Below, piece by piece: positions 47,479 to 57,713 of a DNA stretch of 64,000 nucleotides (position 1 is its first letter; each line of letters opens with the position of its first letter). This DNA comes from an uncultured Candidatus Saccharibacteria bacterium (GTDB lineage Bacteria; Patescibacteriota; Minisyncoccia; Phycocordibacterales; UBA9973). The position numbers and the translations under genes were made by a program. The stretch covers positions 67,394 to 131,393 of the forward strand of contig CAZQAW010000002.1 in NCBI GenBank assembly GCA_964591445.1, written 5' to 3'. The notes under the pieces are model-generated. The model did not search any database. It saw only the letters and a list, made by a program, of their open reading frames with translations, and was not told the DNA's origin.

Positions 47479-49266
47479 TTATTTAAAACAATAATGCTCC
47501 CAGGTAGTAGTCGGTTTGATGGTCGGAGTTTTGTAGTCCGGCAATGTGTCTTCGCGCATGTAGATTATTTTAAAGTTGTCGAGCTTCTGCCCGTCTTCCT
47601 TGTGGCTGTTGTTCCACTGTCGGCACAAATATTGCCCGTAGTACAAACGATACTTGCTGTAATCGCTTCGCCACAAATTCATCATGTATTTTTGCCAGCG
47701 TTGGTCGAAATACGTTTTCGAAACGAGCATCGGTTTGCCATAGTTTACCGGGCCGCCGTTTTTGTAGAGGTCAACCAAAGTTCCATCGCTCAGCGTGCCG
47801 GGAATAATGTACCAGCCGTCATCTATGAGCGGGTAAGGCGCAAACATGTCGAACTTTTGGTCGAGGCGTGTGACCCAGGCAAAAGGTTTCAAACTTTCGG
47901 GAATGATTTTCTTTGCACCGCCAAGCGTGTCGACGTTCCACAAAACAATATAAATAGTCACAAGCACAAGCGCTGTACTTTTCACTGCACGCACAACATT
48001 CTTCCGTTTTTCTTTGCCCGGAGAAAATATAACTTTCTTTGGTGGCAAGCAAATGGTGAGTCGTGAGTTTGCAGTTGTGCGATACAAATATTCTCCCACA
48101 TGGTGAATACCTGGTAATTTGAATACGAATACAAGCGGCCACCAGAGCGGAGAAAAACGAAGTGTGGCGATCAAACCATCAAATCCAAAAAACTTCCTGC
48201 CTTTTTCGTCTACTACAACCCATGAATTTTCTTTGCGCATGAGAGCTTCTATTTCTGCATCATTTTGCGCAGGCAAAATAGTTGTTTTCGGAGAAAGGAA
48301 AAGCAAACGTTTCAAGTATTGTACTGTGCGAGTGCAGAATCCGCAGTCTTTATCAAAGTAAATCGTGAGCCCAGCTTTGCGAGAAAATGCGAACCATGGG
48401 AGCACTTTGTCCCAGAAGATCGAAGGCAGAAGCCCGAGTGTGATAGCAATGCTGATCGCTCCGAAAAGCCCGATCGACATGGAAAGATTGATACCGATCT
48501 GGAACATTGCGAACAAAACAACTCCGACAAGGCGTGTATATTGATTCCATAAAGGGAAAATAAAAAGAAGGGTGCCATAAATCTCAAGCCAGATAGTCGA
48601 ATATGTGAGAAACGTAAGCGCGCGCGGGAAGCCAAGCAAAAAATGCCCGAACGGAGTAGTGAGCTGGTCGATGCTCAGTGCATAATACAGTGCGGTGCCA
48701 TCTTTCCATTGCACGCCTGTTTTCAAAAGTCCGGCAAAAAGATAGAAGACGAAAATCTGCGCAATGTAGCCGACAGTTGCGGCAGAAAACACGAGCTTTT
48801 CTTCGGCCGGTTTTGTATAGTTGCGGAAATTGTCAAAGCTCCATCGTGCGCCCCACGGCAGGAACATTGCAAAAAACATCACGCATCGCAAGATGACGTC
48901 GCCGCCTTGAATAACGAGAGGATTTCTATTTTGTACAGAAATAATAAGGAACCACGAAAGTACTGTTGCTAAAGTCGTGCGGTAGCCAATGAATACTGCG
49001 ACGGCAAGCAAGCCGGTGATGATGAAAAGAATTCCTTCAAAAAAAGCCGTGCCGCTCATGTGATGCACCGAAATGAGCCAAGGATTGTTGAAAAGTTCAA
49101 GAAGATGCGCGCGCGGCAATACGCCCAGATCTGTATAATGCGCCACCAAGCTCCGCCCGCGTTCGATAGTATCAAGCACAAGTATGAGCCCGATCGAGAT
49201 ACGCATCAAAGCCAAAGATCGGTAGTCGAGAGAGAAAAGCTTCTTCAAGTATTCGGTTATTTTCAT
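47479..49266 (-). CDS. HTTM/VKGC-like membrane protein with inserted DCC thiol-disulfide domain
   Basis: DYRSLALMRI, NRNPLVIQGGD, YFDKDCGFC, QKFDMFAPYP. Confidence 0.85.
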   Translation of the reverse strand: MKITEYLKKLFSLDYRSLALMRISIGLILVLDTIERGRSLVAHYTDLGVLPRAHLLELFNNPWLISVHHMSGTAFFEGILFIITGLLAVAVFIGYRTTLATVLSWFLIISVQNRNPLVIQGGDVILRCVMFFAMFLPWGARWSFDNFRNYTKPAEEKLVFSAATVGYIAQIFVFYLFAGLLKTGVQWKDGTALYYALSIDQLTTPFGHFLLGFPRALTFLTYSTIWLEIYGTLLFIFPLWNQYTRLVGVVLFAMFQIGINLSMSIGLFGAISIAITLGLLPSIFWDKVLPWFAFSRKAGLTIYFDKDCGFCTRTVQYLKRLLFLSPKTTILPAQNDAEIEALMRKENSWVVVDEKGRKFFGFDGLIATLRFSPLWWPLVFVFKLPGIHHVGEYLYRTTANSRLTICLPPKKVIFSPGKEKRKNVVRAVKSTALVLVTIYIVLWNVDTLGGAKKIIPESLKPFAWVTRLDQKFDMFAPYPLIDDGWYIIPGTLSDGTLVDLYKNGGPVNYGKPMLVSKTYFDQRWQKYMMNLWRSDYSKYRLYYGQYLCRQWNNSHKEDGQKLDNFKIIYMREDTLPDYKTPTIKPTTTWEHYCFK

Positions 49267-49374
49267 GAGTTTAGTATAGCAAAATATGCTTTTCTCGCAG
49301 ACTTGCTTTTTCTATAAGATGTTATATAATGCATTCAAACAAAAATTAAGTCAAGTCTCTAAAAATAAATAAAA

Positions 49375-49887
49375 ATGAAAAAAACAAAAATCTTTGATTT
49401 TAAAGTACGTCCTTCACAAATACTTCTTGAAGAATTCGAGAAAAGGGGCTTGGAATATCGCGCTCATGAAATTGCACCGGGAGGGAATGCTTCGGAATTA
49501 TTTTTTGCTGTCCCTTCAGACTCTCAGGAAAGATCGTTAGCCCTTATATCTATCAAAGAGTGTTCTTGGAATAAGTATTCTAAAAATGCTGAGGAAGAGT
49601 TTACAAAATATATTGCTGCTCTTGGGTATAAACCTGTTGCAAATGCCCACCCAACTCTTCTCATTAACTCTTTGAAAAAGCTAAATGAAGGTGTATTCAA
49701 AAAAGTGGGGATGAGGTGGTTTGAGTCCTTGCTTTTGGTGCAGGATAAAAAAGGATATAACATTGTGGTCGATAACGGTGAGGATTGTGTTTTCTCAATT
49801 CAAAGAGGCATGTCGAAAAAATATCTTTTTGGTCTGCATCAAAGAATTTTTCATGAAGAGGATGCTTATATTGTAGAGAAAATTTAA
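49375..49887 (+). CDS. AT-rich orphan protein
   Basis: TTGCTT-N16-TATAAT promoter, A-rich leader, terminator 49892-49922. Confidence 0.72.
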   Translation: MKKTKIFDFKVRPSQILLEEFEKRGLEYRAHEIAPGGNASELFFAVPSDSQERSLALISIKECSWNKYSKNAEEEFTKYIAALGYKPVANAHPTLLINSLKKLNEGVFKKVGMRWFESLLLVQDKKGYNIVVDNGEDCVFSIQRGMSKKYLFGLHQRIFHEEDAYIVEKI

Positions 49888-49920
49888 TTTTAAAAAACCT
49901 TTCCGAGCGGAAAGGTTTTT

Positions 49921-50166
49921 TTATTTGATTACTCCAGCTTTTTTCAAAGTTGCGTAGGCTCCGTTTTTTGCTAGTGTGCGCATGCCTTCTGTTGAGACTG
50001 AAAGCGTAAATGTTTTGCCGAGTTCTGGAACAAAAATGCGCTTTTTCTGGAGGTTTGGATACTTGCGGTGGCTGCCAGTCGGAGTAAAGATGGTAGCACG
50101 AGTACGGTTGGCGTATTTACCGCCGACAAGTGAGCTCTTTTTAGTTATTGCGCAGACTTTTGACAT
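49921..50166 (-). CDS. rpmB: 50S ribosomal protein L28
   Basis: MSKVCAITKK..RKYPNLQKKRI. Confidence 0.93.
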   Translation of the reverse strand: MSKVCAITKKSSLVGGKYANRTRATIFTPTGSHRKYPNLQKKRIFVPELGKTFTLSVSTEGMRTLAKNGAYATLKKAGVIK

Positions 50167-50207
50167 ATAGGTTTTGTGCCCCTTATGCTATCATATAGCT
50201 ATACATT

Positions 50208-50825
50208 ATGCAAGAGCTCGACGCTTTGTTCTATATAGTCATACTCATTATGTCCGTCGTGGTGCACGAGGTTGCTCACGGCTATGCGGCGTACTATTTT
50301 GGCGATACGACTGCCCGCGACCAAGGTCGGCTTACTTTGAACCCGATCAAGCATTTGGACATGTTTGGGTCGGTCATCATCCCGCTTATTCTTATCCTTA
50401 CCAAAGCTGGCTTCGTTTTTGGCTGGGCAAAGCCGGTGCCTTACAATCCGAACAATTTGTCTGACCGAAAAACGGGAACATTGTGGGTCGCAAGCGCAGG
50501 CATCATTGCAAATCTTGTGCTCGCAGTTTTCTTTGGGCTTATACTTCGTTTTGCTGGCGCGCATTTGCCGGGTGCGGTTAGTATTATTCTAAGCACTATC
50601 GTTTTTGTAAATATCGTCCTTGCAATCTTCAATCTCATTCCGCTTCCGCCGCTTGATGGTTCGAAAATTCTTTTTACTTTACTCGGACATCGCTCACATA
50701 AAGTCGAACGATTTCTAGAAACGTACGCACTTGCATTCGTGCTTATATTTGTGTTTTTCATTTGGAGGTATGTCGCACCGGTGATCGTTTGGCTCTTTAC
50801 TATTATTACAGGCATTCACCCATAA
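50208..50825 (+). CDS. Site-2 protease (M50) family protein
   Basis: HEVAHG, GWAKPVP, FNLIPLPPLDG. Confidence 0.94.
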   Translation: MQELDALFYIVILIMSVVVHEVAHGYAAYYFGDTTARDQGRLTLNPIKHLDMFGSVIIPLILILTKAGFVFGWAKPVPYNPNNLSDRKTGTLWVASAGIIANLVLAVFFGLILRFAGAHLPGAVSIILSTIVFVNIVLAIFNLIPLPPLDGSKILFTLLGHRSHKVERFLETYALAFVLIFVFFIWRYVAPVIVWLFTIITGIHP

Positions 50826-50826
50826 T

Positions 50827-52785
50827 ATGAAAAAGTTCGTCACAGCATCTCTTTTTTTGCTTGCTACACTTTTTGTTTTTTTTCTCGCGCCTCGTTTTTC
50901 TCAAGCATCTGCAACAGTTGGAAGCATTGACCCAACGTCTTCTGGCAACTACAAAGCAAAACTTTTGTATGATGGAAGCGTTGTTAATTTCGGATATTTT
51001 CCGACGACGAATCCAAGCAAGCAAGTTTCGGTAACGACAAGCGAGCTTGATGGATACATCTGGGGTGAGACGATCGGCTGGGTGAGTTTGAATTGCTCAA
51101 ACAACAGTTCGTGCGGATCTTCCAATTTCAAAGTTTCCAATACTTCAAGCGGAGTTCTTTCTGGCTACGCGTGGGGAGAAAATGCTGGTTGGGTAAACTT
51201 TGGTCCGTTTGCAAATTCTGCTACTCCGTCCGTTGCTATCGACTCGACCGGATATTTTTCTGGTTTCGCATGGAGTGAAAATTTTGGCTGGATACAGTTT
51301 GATTGCGGAGTAGTAAATGCTTGCGTGAACACCGACTGGCGATATCCGTCTGGCACAAGCGGCGGAGGCGGCGTTGTTATTCCACCAACGACTACAGGCA
51401 CGAGCGGCACGACAACCACAAATGGTACGACAGATGGAAATGGAAACACTGTCGGCTCCACTGATGCAGGTGGAACAACCGATACTTCTGGCACAACCGG
51501 AACCGGGTTTGGAACTACGAGCGGCGGAAGCACTGGCTCATCTGGCAGTACAACCGGAAGCGGATTTGACCCGGGAACTTCCGGAGGCACAGGCGGGTTT
51601 GTGGGTGGATTTTTCTCGACCGGCGGCGGTGCGCAAGGTGGAAACAATGGCGGAAGCGGAAATGGCGCAAGTTCTGGCGGGCAAAGCAATCCGAACAATC
51701 CAACTTCAGATTCTTCTTGTGGCTCGCTCAGTATATTAAACGCTATCGTTTGCACGGTTCTTGAAACGTATCACTTCACGCAAGAATCTTTTATTGACGT
51801 AGTTGGCGGCATACGAAATGTGCTCTCAACTCCGGAAGGCGATAGCATTACGAAAATCATTGCAATCGTCGGACTTATTTTCGGTGCGCTTTTTGCGGTA
51901 CTGCCCGTGCTCTTTGGCACACCGCTTTCATTTTCTGAAATCGTTCTCATCCCGTATCGTTTGTGGTCGCTGCTTATGACGCTCTTTGGGTTGCGCAAGC
52001 GTTCACGTCCATGGGGAACGGTGTATGACTCTGTCACCAAGCAGCCTCTTGATCCGGTAATGGTGACACTTTCCGACATGGATGGAAAAGAAATCGCAAC
52101 GTCGATCACCGATATGGATGGCCGCTACGGATTCTTGGTCGGCCCCGGCATGTATCGCATCACTCCGGCAAAAACACACTATTCGTTTCCATCGGCAAAG
52201 CTCGTCGGCAAGACGAGCGACGAAGTGTATCCGAATTTGTATTTCGGTTATCCAATAGAAATCACTCAAGAAAGTGAAGTCATCACCAAAAATATTCCGA
52301 TGGATCCGGACAATTTTGATTGGAACGAATTTGCAAAACGCGACCAGCATTTGATGACGTTCTATTCAAAACAAACTGTCATTGTGGCAAAAGTTGCAAG
52401 CGTGTTGTTCTCTGTCGGGTTTACGCTTTCGTTCATCGCGCTCGTGTCTTCGTTTGAACTGTACAATGTTTGTATCTTCGCGCTCTACATCGCCCTCTTT
52501 ATTTTGCGCGAAACTGGTTTGAAGACTCGCCCTGGCGGCAAACTTGTAGATAAAAGCGGCGCACCGCTTTCGTTCGGCGTTGTTCGAGTCTTTACTGCAA
52601 CTTCCAAAACGAATGTGGCTACGCGCGTTGCCGACAAATACGGCACGTATTATTGTCTTATCCAAAATGGCGAGTACTACGTGACCATCGAACGCAAAAA
52701 TGCCGACCAATCTTACACTGTACTCCTTACCTCACCAACTATTCATGTCACGAACGGATTTATCAACACGACCTTCACTATATAG
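50827..52785 (+). CDS. Surface protein with GYAW repeats, G/T/S linker, TM segments and a carboxypeptidase-regulatory-like domain
   Basis: GYIWGETIGW, GYAWGENAGW, GFAWSENFGW; PWGTVYDSVTKQPLDP. Confidence 0.82.
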   Translation: MKKFVTASLFLLATLFVFFLAPRFSQASATVGSIDPTSSGNYKAKLLYDGSVVNFGYFPTTNPSKQVSVTTSELDGYIWGETIGWVSLNCSNNSSCGSSNFKVSNTSSGVLSGYAWGENAGWVNFGPFANSATPSVAIDSTGYFSGFAWSENFGWIQFDCGVVNACVNTDWRYPSGTSGGGGVVIPPTTTGTSGTTTTNGTTDGNGNTVGSTDAGGTTDTSGTTGTGFGTTSGGSTGSSGSTTGSGFDPGTSGGTGGFVGGFFSTGGGAQGGNNGGSGNGASSGGQSNPNNPTSDSSCGSLSILNAIVCTVLETYHFTQESFIDVVGGIRNVLSTPEGDSITKIIAIVGLIFGALFAVLPVLFGTPLSFSEIVLIPYRLWSLLMTLFGLRKRSRPWGTVYDSVTKQPLDPVMVTLSDMDGKEIATSITDMDGRYGFLVGPGMYRITPAKTHYSFPSAKLVGKTSDEVYPNLYFGYPIEITQESEVITKNIPMDPDNFDWNEFAKRDQHLMTFYSKQTVIVAKVASVLFSVGFTLSFIALVSSFELYNVCIFALYIALFILRETGLKTRPGGKLVDKSGAPLSFGVVRVFTATSKTNVATRVADKYGTYYCLIQNGEYYVTIERKNADQSYTVLLTSPTIHVTNGFINTTFTI

Positions 52786-52800
52786 TGCTATACTAGCTGT

Positions 52801-54357
52801 ATGAAGAAGTTTCCTTTTCTCTCGCGCGTACAACATCATCCGCTTTTCACGCTCGTATTTTTCATCGCTTTCGGGCTTGTGGTTTCTTTCGTAAGCGTTT
52901 TTGCCGTGCCACCGGCAACAAAGTATGATCCTGGCGCAACGCTTGACCCAACATGTGCTCCGGGTGATACGAATTGTTCGGTTGCGGTGGGGACGGTTAC
53001 GCAAAGTTCTGGAACGCAAACTGATGGATATATTCCTTATTGGACTTCAAATGATAGAGAGCTTTTTATCGGAGGTCCGCAATTCCAGTGGGATGCAAAT
53101 CGGCGCCGTCTGGGTATCAACACAAACAGCGGACCGACCGCCACTCTCGATGTAGCTGACAATGGCGATTATGAAAATGATATTTTTCGCATTGCTGGTG
53201 CAACTTCGACTGTTGGGGATAGTGCTGGAATTTCAATAAGCTTGGGTACGGCTCTTGCTCAAAATGGCGTTGGTCAAACGGGATATGACGGTGGTGCTAT
53301 ATCTTTCTTAAGCGGTCGTGGTGGCGCTGGTGACGTAAGCGGTGGACTTGGTGGAAATGTCACTATTGGTGCACACAAGGGTGGCAATGCAAGCAGTGGT
53401 GTTGGTGGCGTGGGTGGTGGTGTTGTTATTAACGCTGGCGGCGCAGGGAACTCTGCAAACTCTGCAAATGGCGGGAATGGGGGCAGTATAAGTCTTAACG
53501 GGGGAGCACCAACTACTGGTGAATCTGTCGGCGGCGCAGGAGGTACTATAACACTTACTTCAGGTGCTGGAGGAGATATTACCAATGGCGCGGGCGCGAC
53601 AGCTGCTTCTGGTGCGCATATTCTTCTTACTTCGGGCAACGGCGGAAGCGCGCCGTCGGGCAGTACAAATGGCAATGGTGGAAATATTATTCTTGCCCCA
53701 GGAGTTGCAGGTACTGGTGGAGGCAACAGTGGTTCTATTGGCAATGTACTTCTTGCTGTTTCTGGTGGAAATGTTGGCGTGGGTATTACGAGCCCTCTTT
53801 ATCGGCTTCATGTTAAAGGCGACAACGGCGCTGGTGTCGTTGCAAAATTTGAAACTTCTGGTGGTGCAACAGCCTGTACGCTTTCTGCAACGACTGGACT
53901 TCTCAACTGTTCATCTGATTCTCGTTTGAAAAAAGATATTGAAAATATCGGCAGTGTACTCGACAAGATGCTTGCGCTTCGTCCGGTGTCTTACCGATGG
54001 AATACAGAAGACTCTGATGCTCCGCTTAAATACGGTTTCATTGCGCAAGAAGTCGAAGAGCAATTTCCGGCAACTGTTACGACTGATGAAGAAAGTGGAT
54101 ATAAACTTTTTTCACTCCAAGGTTTGATTCCTTACATTGTTAAATCTCTTAAAGAATTGAACGACAAAGTTGATTCTATTTCTGGCAATATTTCAAGCCA
54201 GGTTACGCAGGTGGTGCAAAGCATCATGCCGAGCCTGACTGTCGGCTCGGCCGAAGCTCCGACAGGTATTACGTTGTTCGACAAAACTACAACCGAACCG
54301 CATTGCCTTTCTATAAATAACGGCATCATCGAAACTACTCCTGGTGCGTGCCAGTAA
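52801..54357 (+). CDS. Gly-rich fibre protein with C-terminal S74 intramolecular chaperone
   Basis: SSDSRLKKDI..LRPVSYRW..YGFIAQEVE; N-terminal TM/signal. Confidence 0.88.
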   Translation: MKKFPFLSRVQHHPLFTLVFFIAFGLVVSFVSVFAVPPATKYDPGATLDPTCAPGDTNCSVAVGTVTQSSGTQTDGYIPYWTSNDRELFIGGPQFQWDANRRRLGINTNSGPTATLDVADNGDYENDIFRIAGATSTVGDSAGISISLGTALAQNGVGQTGYDGGAISFLSGRGGAGDVSGGLGGNVTIGAHKGGNASSGVGGVGGGVVINAGGAGNSANSANGGNGGSISLNGGAPTTGESVGGAGGTITLTSGAGGDITNGAGATAASGAHILLTSGNGGSAPSGSTNGNGGNIILAPGVAGTGGGNSGSIGNVLLAVSGGNVGVGITSPLYRLHVKGDNGAGVVAKFETSGGATACTLSATTGLLNCSSDSRLKKDIENIGSVLDKMLALRPVSYRWNTEDSDAPLKYGFIAQEVEEQFPATVTTDEESGYKLFSLQGLIPYIVKSLKELNDKVDSISGNISSQVTQVVQSIMPSLTVGSAEAPTGITLFDKTTTEPHCLSINNGIIETTPGACQ

Positions 54358-54477
54358 CTATGTAAAAAATCCATAGAATAAGCCCCAAAAATCCCCGAGT
54401 GGTTATCCACAAGGGGATTTGACATTGACAAATAAATAGTGTATAGTGTAGAAAACCTTTAAAAAACAAAAAAGATA

Positions 54478-55239
54478 ATGAAAAACTACAAATCTATTCC
54501 GAAAGCACAGTACTCTAATAAGGAAATGCGTCTGATTCTGTTAAAGATTTTTATTTTCCACCTGTTAACGGTCATGTTGATGTTCAATCATGCACATGCC
54601 AACGTAAAAATCATTCGTTTTGATAAACAAAATGGTTTTACAGTAGATTCAACATCGTCCACAAATTTCAACAGAATTACTCCTCAGATGGAGGTTTGGG
54701 CAATAGGTGACACGTTCAATGTTGTCCCTACGGGGTCACCTCAGCCGTATCCCCAGTGGAGATTCATGAGATATTTCCATGTTTCGACTGGTACAAATCC
54801 GGTCGCGTATGCAGGTTTAAAACTTACACTTGCTGCTGACACAACCAATCCGGCAACATTTATCGAATACACTTTGAACACACCTGTAATGATACAGCCA
54901 ACAGATGATAGTTTGTTGATAGACATGGGAGTATTAGACGAGTGCACCGTTTATTCTTACGGTGTTGATATGTTTTACAGTATCGACACTGTAAAATCTG
55001 CTTTTTCGCAGATAAAGATTATGGAGTGTACCACAGGAATTACTTCACAAGAAATCAACTTCACGCTATATAACGGTACTATTGTTGCACCACTAAAGGC
55101 CACAATTGAAGTGTACGATCTTGCAAGCCGAAAAATCCGGCACGGCATTTCAGAGCTTAATGTTTCTGATCTACATGGTATATATCTGGTGAGGGTTTCT
55201 GTGGCTAAGAATTTTAGTACCAGAAAATATAGTTTTTAA
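54478..55239 (+). CDS. Secreted protein with T9SS-like C-terminal sorting domain
   Basis: Signal AHA; C-terminal TGI..VYDLASRKI..LHGIYLVRV..TRKY; DnaA box 54403-54411 and TTGACA-N17-TATAGT promoter. Confidence 0.75.
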   Translation: MKNYKSIPKAQYSNKEMRLILLKIFIFHLLTVMLMFNHAHANVKIIRFDKQNGFTVDSTSSTNFNRITPQMEVWAIGDTFNVVPTGSPQPYPQWRFMRYFHVSTGTNPVAYAGLKLTLAADTTNPATFIEYTLNTPVMIQPTDDSLLIDMGVLDECTVYSYGVDMFYSIDTVKSAFSQIKIMECTTGITSQEINFTLYNGTIVAPLKATIEVYDLASRKIRHGISELNVSDLHGIYLVRVSVAKNFSTRKYSF

Positions 55240-55419
55240 AAAATAAGCGAAACTGTGTCATTGAAAGAAATGGGTTTTTCTGTAACAGCTAGCTTTTGCC
55301 ACCTCTACTGCACGGGGTGGCTTTTTTTTATTACCCATCCAATCCAAGGGCACTTGCATTTATTTAGCCCATATAGTAGAGTAGGAGCACTAGTCCGTAA
55401 GGACTTTTTTTATAGAAAT

Positions 55420-55845
55420 ATGCCAACAATCAACCAGCTCGTAAAAAAGAGCCGAAAGAAAGTACAGTACAAATCTAAAGCGGTCGCTCTCGCCCGCGGT
55501 TTCAACGCGATCCACAATCGTCCTGTATTTTACCCTGCGCCATTCAAAAGAGGCGTATGCTCAAAAGTGACGACAACTACTCCAAAGAAGCCTAACTCTG
55601 CGCTCCGAAAGATCGCCCGCGTACGACTTACGAACGGAATGGAAGTTACTGCGTACATCCCGGGTATGGGCCACAACTTACAAGAACACTCTGTAGTAAT
55701 GCTTCGCGGCGGTCGCGTGAAGGACTTGATCGGAGTACGTTACACTATCGTTCGCGGACGTTTGGATGCAACTGGTGTCGACAAGCGACGACAAGCACGT
55801 TCACGATACGGTGCAAAACGCCCAAAGGCAACAGATAAGAAATAA
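55420..55845 (+). CDS. rpsL: 30S ribosomal protein S12
   Basis: [27 protein letters not shown]. Confidence 0.98.
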   Translation: MPTINQLVKKSRKKVQYKSKAVALARGFNAIHNRPVFYPAPFKRGVCSKVTTTTPKKPNSALRKIARVRLTNGMEVTAYIPGMGHNLQEHSVVMLRGGRVKDLIGVRYTIVRGRLDATGVDKRRQARSRYGAKRPKATDKK

Positions 55846-55850
55846 TTCAT

Positions 55851-56318
55851 ATGCGAAGAAAGATAAAGAACAAACGAATAGTAGAAGCTGACATGGTATA
55901 CAGCTCAGAGCGTCTTGCAAAATTCATCAACAACTTGATGTGGGATGGAAAAAAGGAAACAGCTCGCAAAGTTGTCTACGCATGCCTCGCGATGATCAAA
56001 GAAAAGACAACGCTTGACCCGCTTGAAGTCTTTGAAACAGCGATCAAGAACGCAAGCCCTCTTACTGAAGTCCGTTCTCGACGTATCGGTGGTGCAAACT
56101 ACCAGGTGCCTCGCGAAGTCCGACCAGAACGAAGACAGGCTCTTGCATTCCGATGGATCCTCGATGCTGCTCGCAGCAAGAAAGGCCAGCCAATGCACAT
56201 CAAGCTTGCGGAAGAATTGATCCTTGCTTCAAAGAACGAAGGAGCTGCGGTCAAGAAACGCGAAGACACGCACAAGATGGCAGAATCAAACAAAGCTTTT
56301 GCTCACTTTGCTTGGTAA
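55851..56318 (+). CDS. rpsG: 30S ribosomal protein S7
   Basis: RRIGGANYQVP, HKMAESNKAFAHF. Confidence 0.98.
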   Translation: MRRKIKNKRIVEADMVYSSERLAKFINNLMWDGKKETARKVVYACLAMIKEKTTLDPLEVFETAIKNASPLTEVRSRRIGGANYQVPREVRPERRQALAFRWILDAARSKKGQPMHIKLAEELILASKNEGAAVKKREDTHKMAESNKAFAHFAW

Positions 56319-56332
56319 TAATATACAACTCA

Positions 56333-56368
56333 AAAACAGCGGCGCCGGTAAACCGGCGCCGCTGTTTT
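56333..56368 (+). terminator. Intrinsic terminator after rpsG
   Basis: AAAACAGCGGCGCCGGT-AA-ACCGGCGCCGCTGTTTT. Confidence 0.85.
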
Positions 56369-56447
56369 GTTATACACATACAACTTTCGCGTCTCATGGT
56401 ACGCTATAAGTATATACAAGTCGCTTTATAAGCAATTTATTTTTATT

Positions 56448-57623
56448 ATGAAAAAAACTATCTGGGGCCTGGTGATAGCCATCATCGTAGTGCTCATTGT
56501 CATTATCAACATGCGCGTGCCGGGAGACAATCAGGAAGCATCTGGTGTCAGTACGCAACCAGGAGATGTGATTTCTTTTGTATTGGAACGTTCAGTTGCA
56601 AACAATGTAGATTATAGATCTAACTATCGTCTTGCAGGACCAAACGTGGGGCCTGCACGAGTGAAAACCTCCAATTCTCATCCAGGTTCGACGGCAACTA
56701 TCACCGAACTGAAAATCAAAGTTGCTTCAAATGTTGTAAATCCGGCAAGCGGCATTGGTATGTACGTAGGTTCGACATATACCACATTTCCTCTTGGTGC
56801 AGGTGGTATTGCTCACATCACAGGGCTCTCGATTCCCGTCACTTATGGAATGACTCAAAGCTTTCCTTTTGATATCATGTTTAGTCCGCTTGGCGGAACT
56901 GTAGTTTCTGGTTCGGTAGTCAACGCGGCAATCCAATACATCAAATATAATTTAAATGGAAGTACCTATACTAAATGTACGACATTTGGAGCTTGTAACT
57001 TCTGGATCAGTCCCTCTCAGTTGTACTATTATAATACTTCTACTTACATGCTTACGGGTTCTGTCTTTACAAACGGTCCTACCAAGCGTATACAACTTTC
57101 AAAACCTGCAGGAGCTCAGCTTACAAACGGAGTAAATAAACTTGCTGACTTTACGTTTGACACCAACAGTACTATTTTGGGACAAATGCGGATCAAAGAA
57201 GTTCCAATCACCATCAAATCTACCGGTACTGCAAACATCCCAGCCTCTGCAAACAATTTGAAAATCACAAGCGGGTCAAGCTCGTGTGCTACGGGAATAA
57301 ATCTTATACAAAATACTTCTGTTACACTTCTGGCTGGAGGTACAACGACTGTGCAAGCGGTGTTTCCTGGGAACGGCGTGCTCATCGTTCCAGGAACTTC
57401 CGTCACATTCCATGTCTGTGTTACGAACGTCGCTGGTGCAAATGGAGCAAACCCAACTTCACTTTCTACAACATTTGGACCGTCTTCAACATTCAAGTGG
57501 CAAGACGTAACTGGTAATAATCCCGCGTATTTTACTACTACGAACCCACAATTCTTGCAGGACTATCCAACCAATGCATCTGTTGTTGGCAACACTGCGT
57601 TCCCAATAAATCCGACTGAATAA
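56448..57623 (+). CDS. Membrane-anchored beta-rich surface protein
   Basis: N-terminal TM; S/T/G/N-rich Ig-like sequence. Confidence 0.75.
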   Translation: MKKTIWGLVIAIIVVLIVIINMRVPGDNQEASGVSTQPGDVISFVLERSVANNVDYRSNYRLAGPNVGPARVKTSNSHPGSTATITELKIKVASNVVNPASGIGMYVGSTYTTFPLGAGGIAHITGLSIPVTYGMTQSFPFDIMFSPLGGTVVSGSVVNAAIQYIKYNLNGSTYTKCTTFGACNFWISPSQLYYYNTSTYMLTGSVFTNGPTKRIQLSKPAGAQLTNGVNKLADFTFDTNSTILGQMRIKEVPITIKSTGTANIPASANNLKITSGSSSCATGINLIQNTSVTLLAGGTTTVQAVFPGNGVLIVPGTSVTFHVCVTNVAGANGANPTSLSTTFGPSSTFKWQDVTGNNPAYFTTTNPQFLQDYPTNASVVGNTAFPINPTE

Positions 57624-57713
57624 ATCCGCCCAAGGCGGATCAGCCTAGGGCTGAAATAAAAAAACCCGACTGCGATAAGCCGTCGGGTTTTTGTTTTAGT
57701 TTTGCCAAAATAT

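Noticed and set aside
23352-54357. Prophage (ORF6N and tail-fibre-like genes)
   Set aside because: No terminase, capsid or portal genes; these genes are isolated and have native-type promoters
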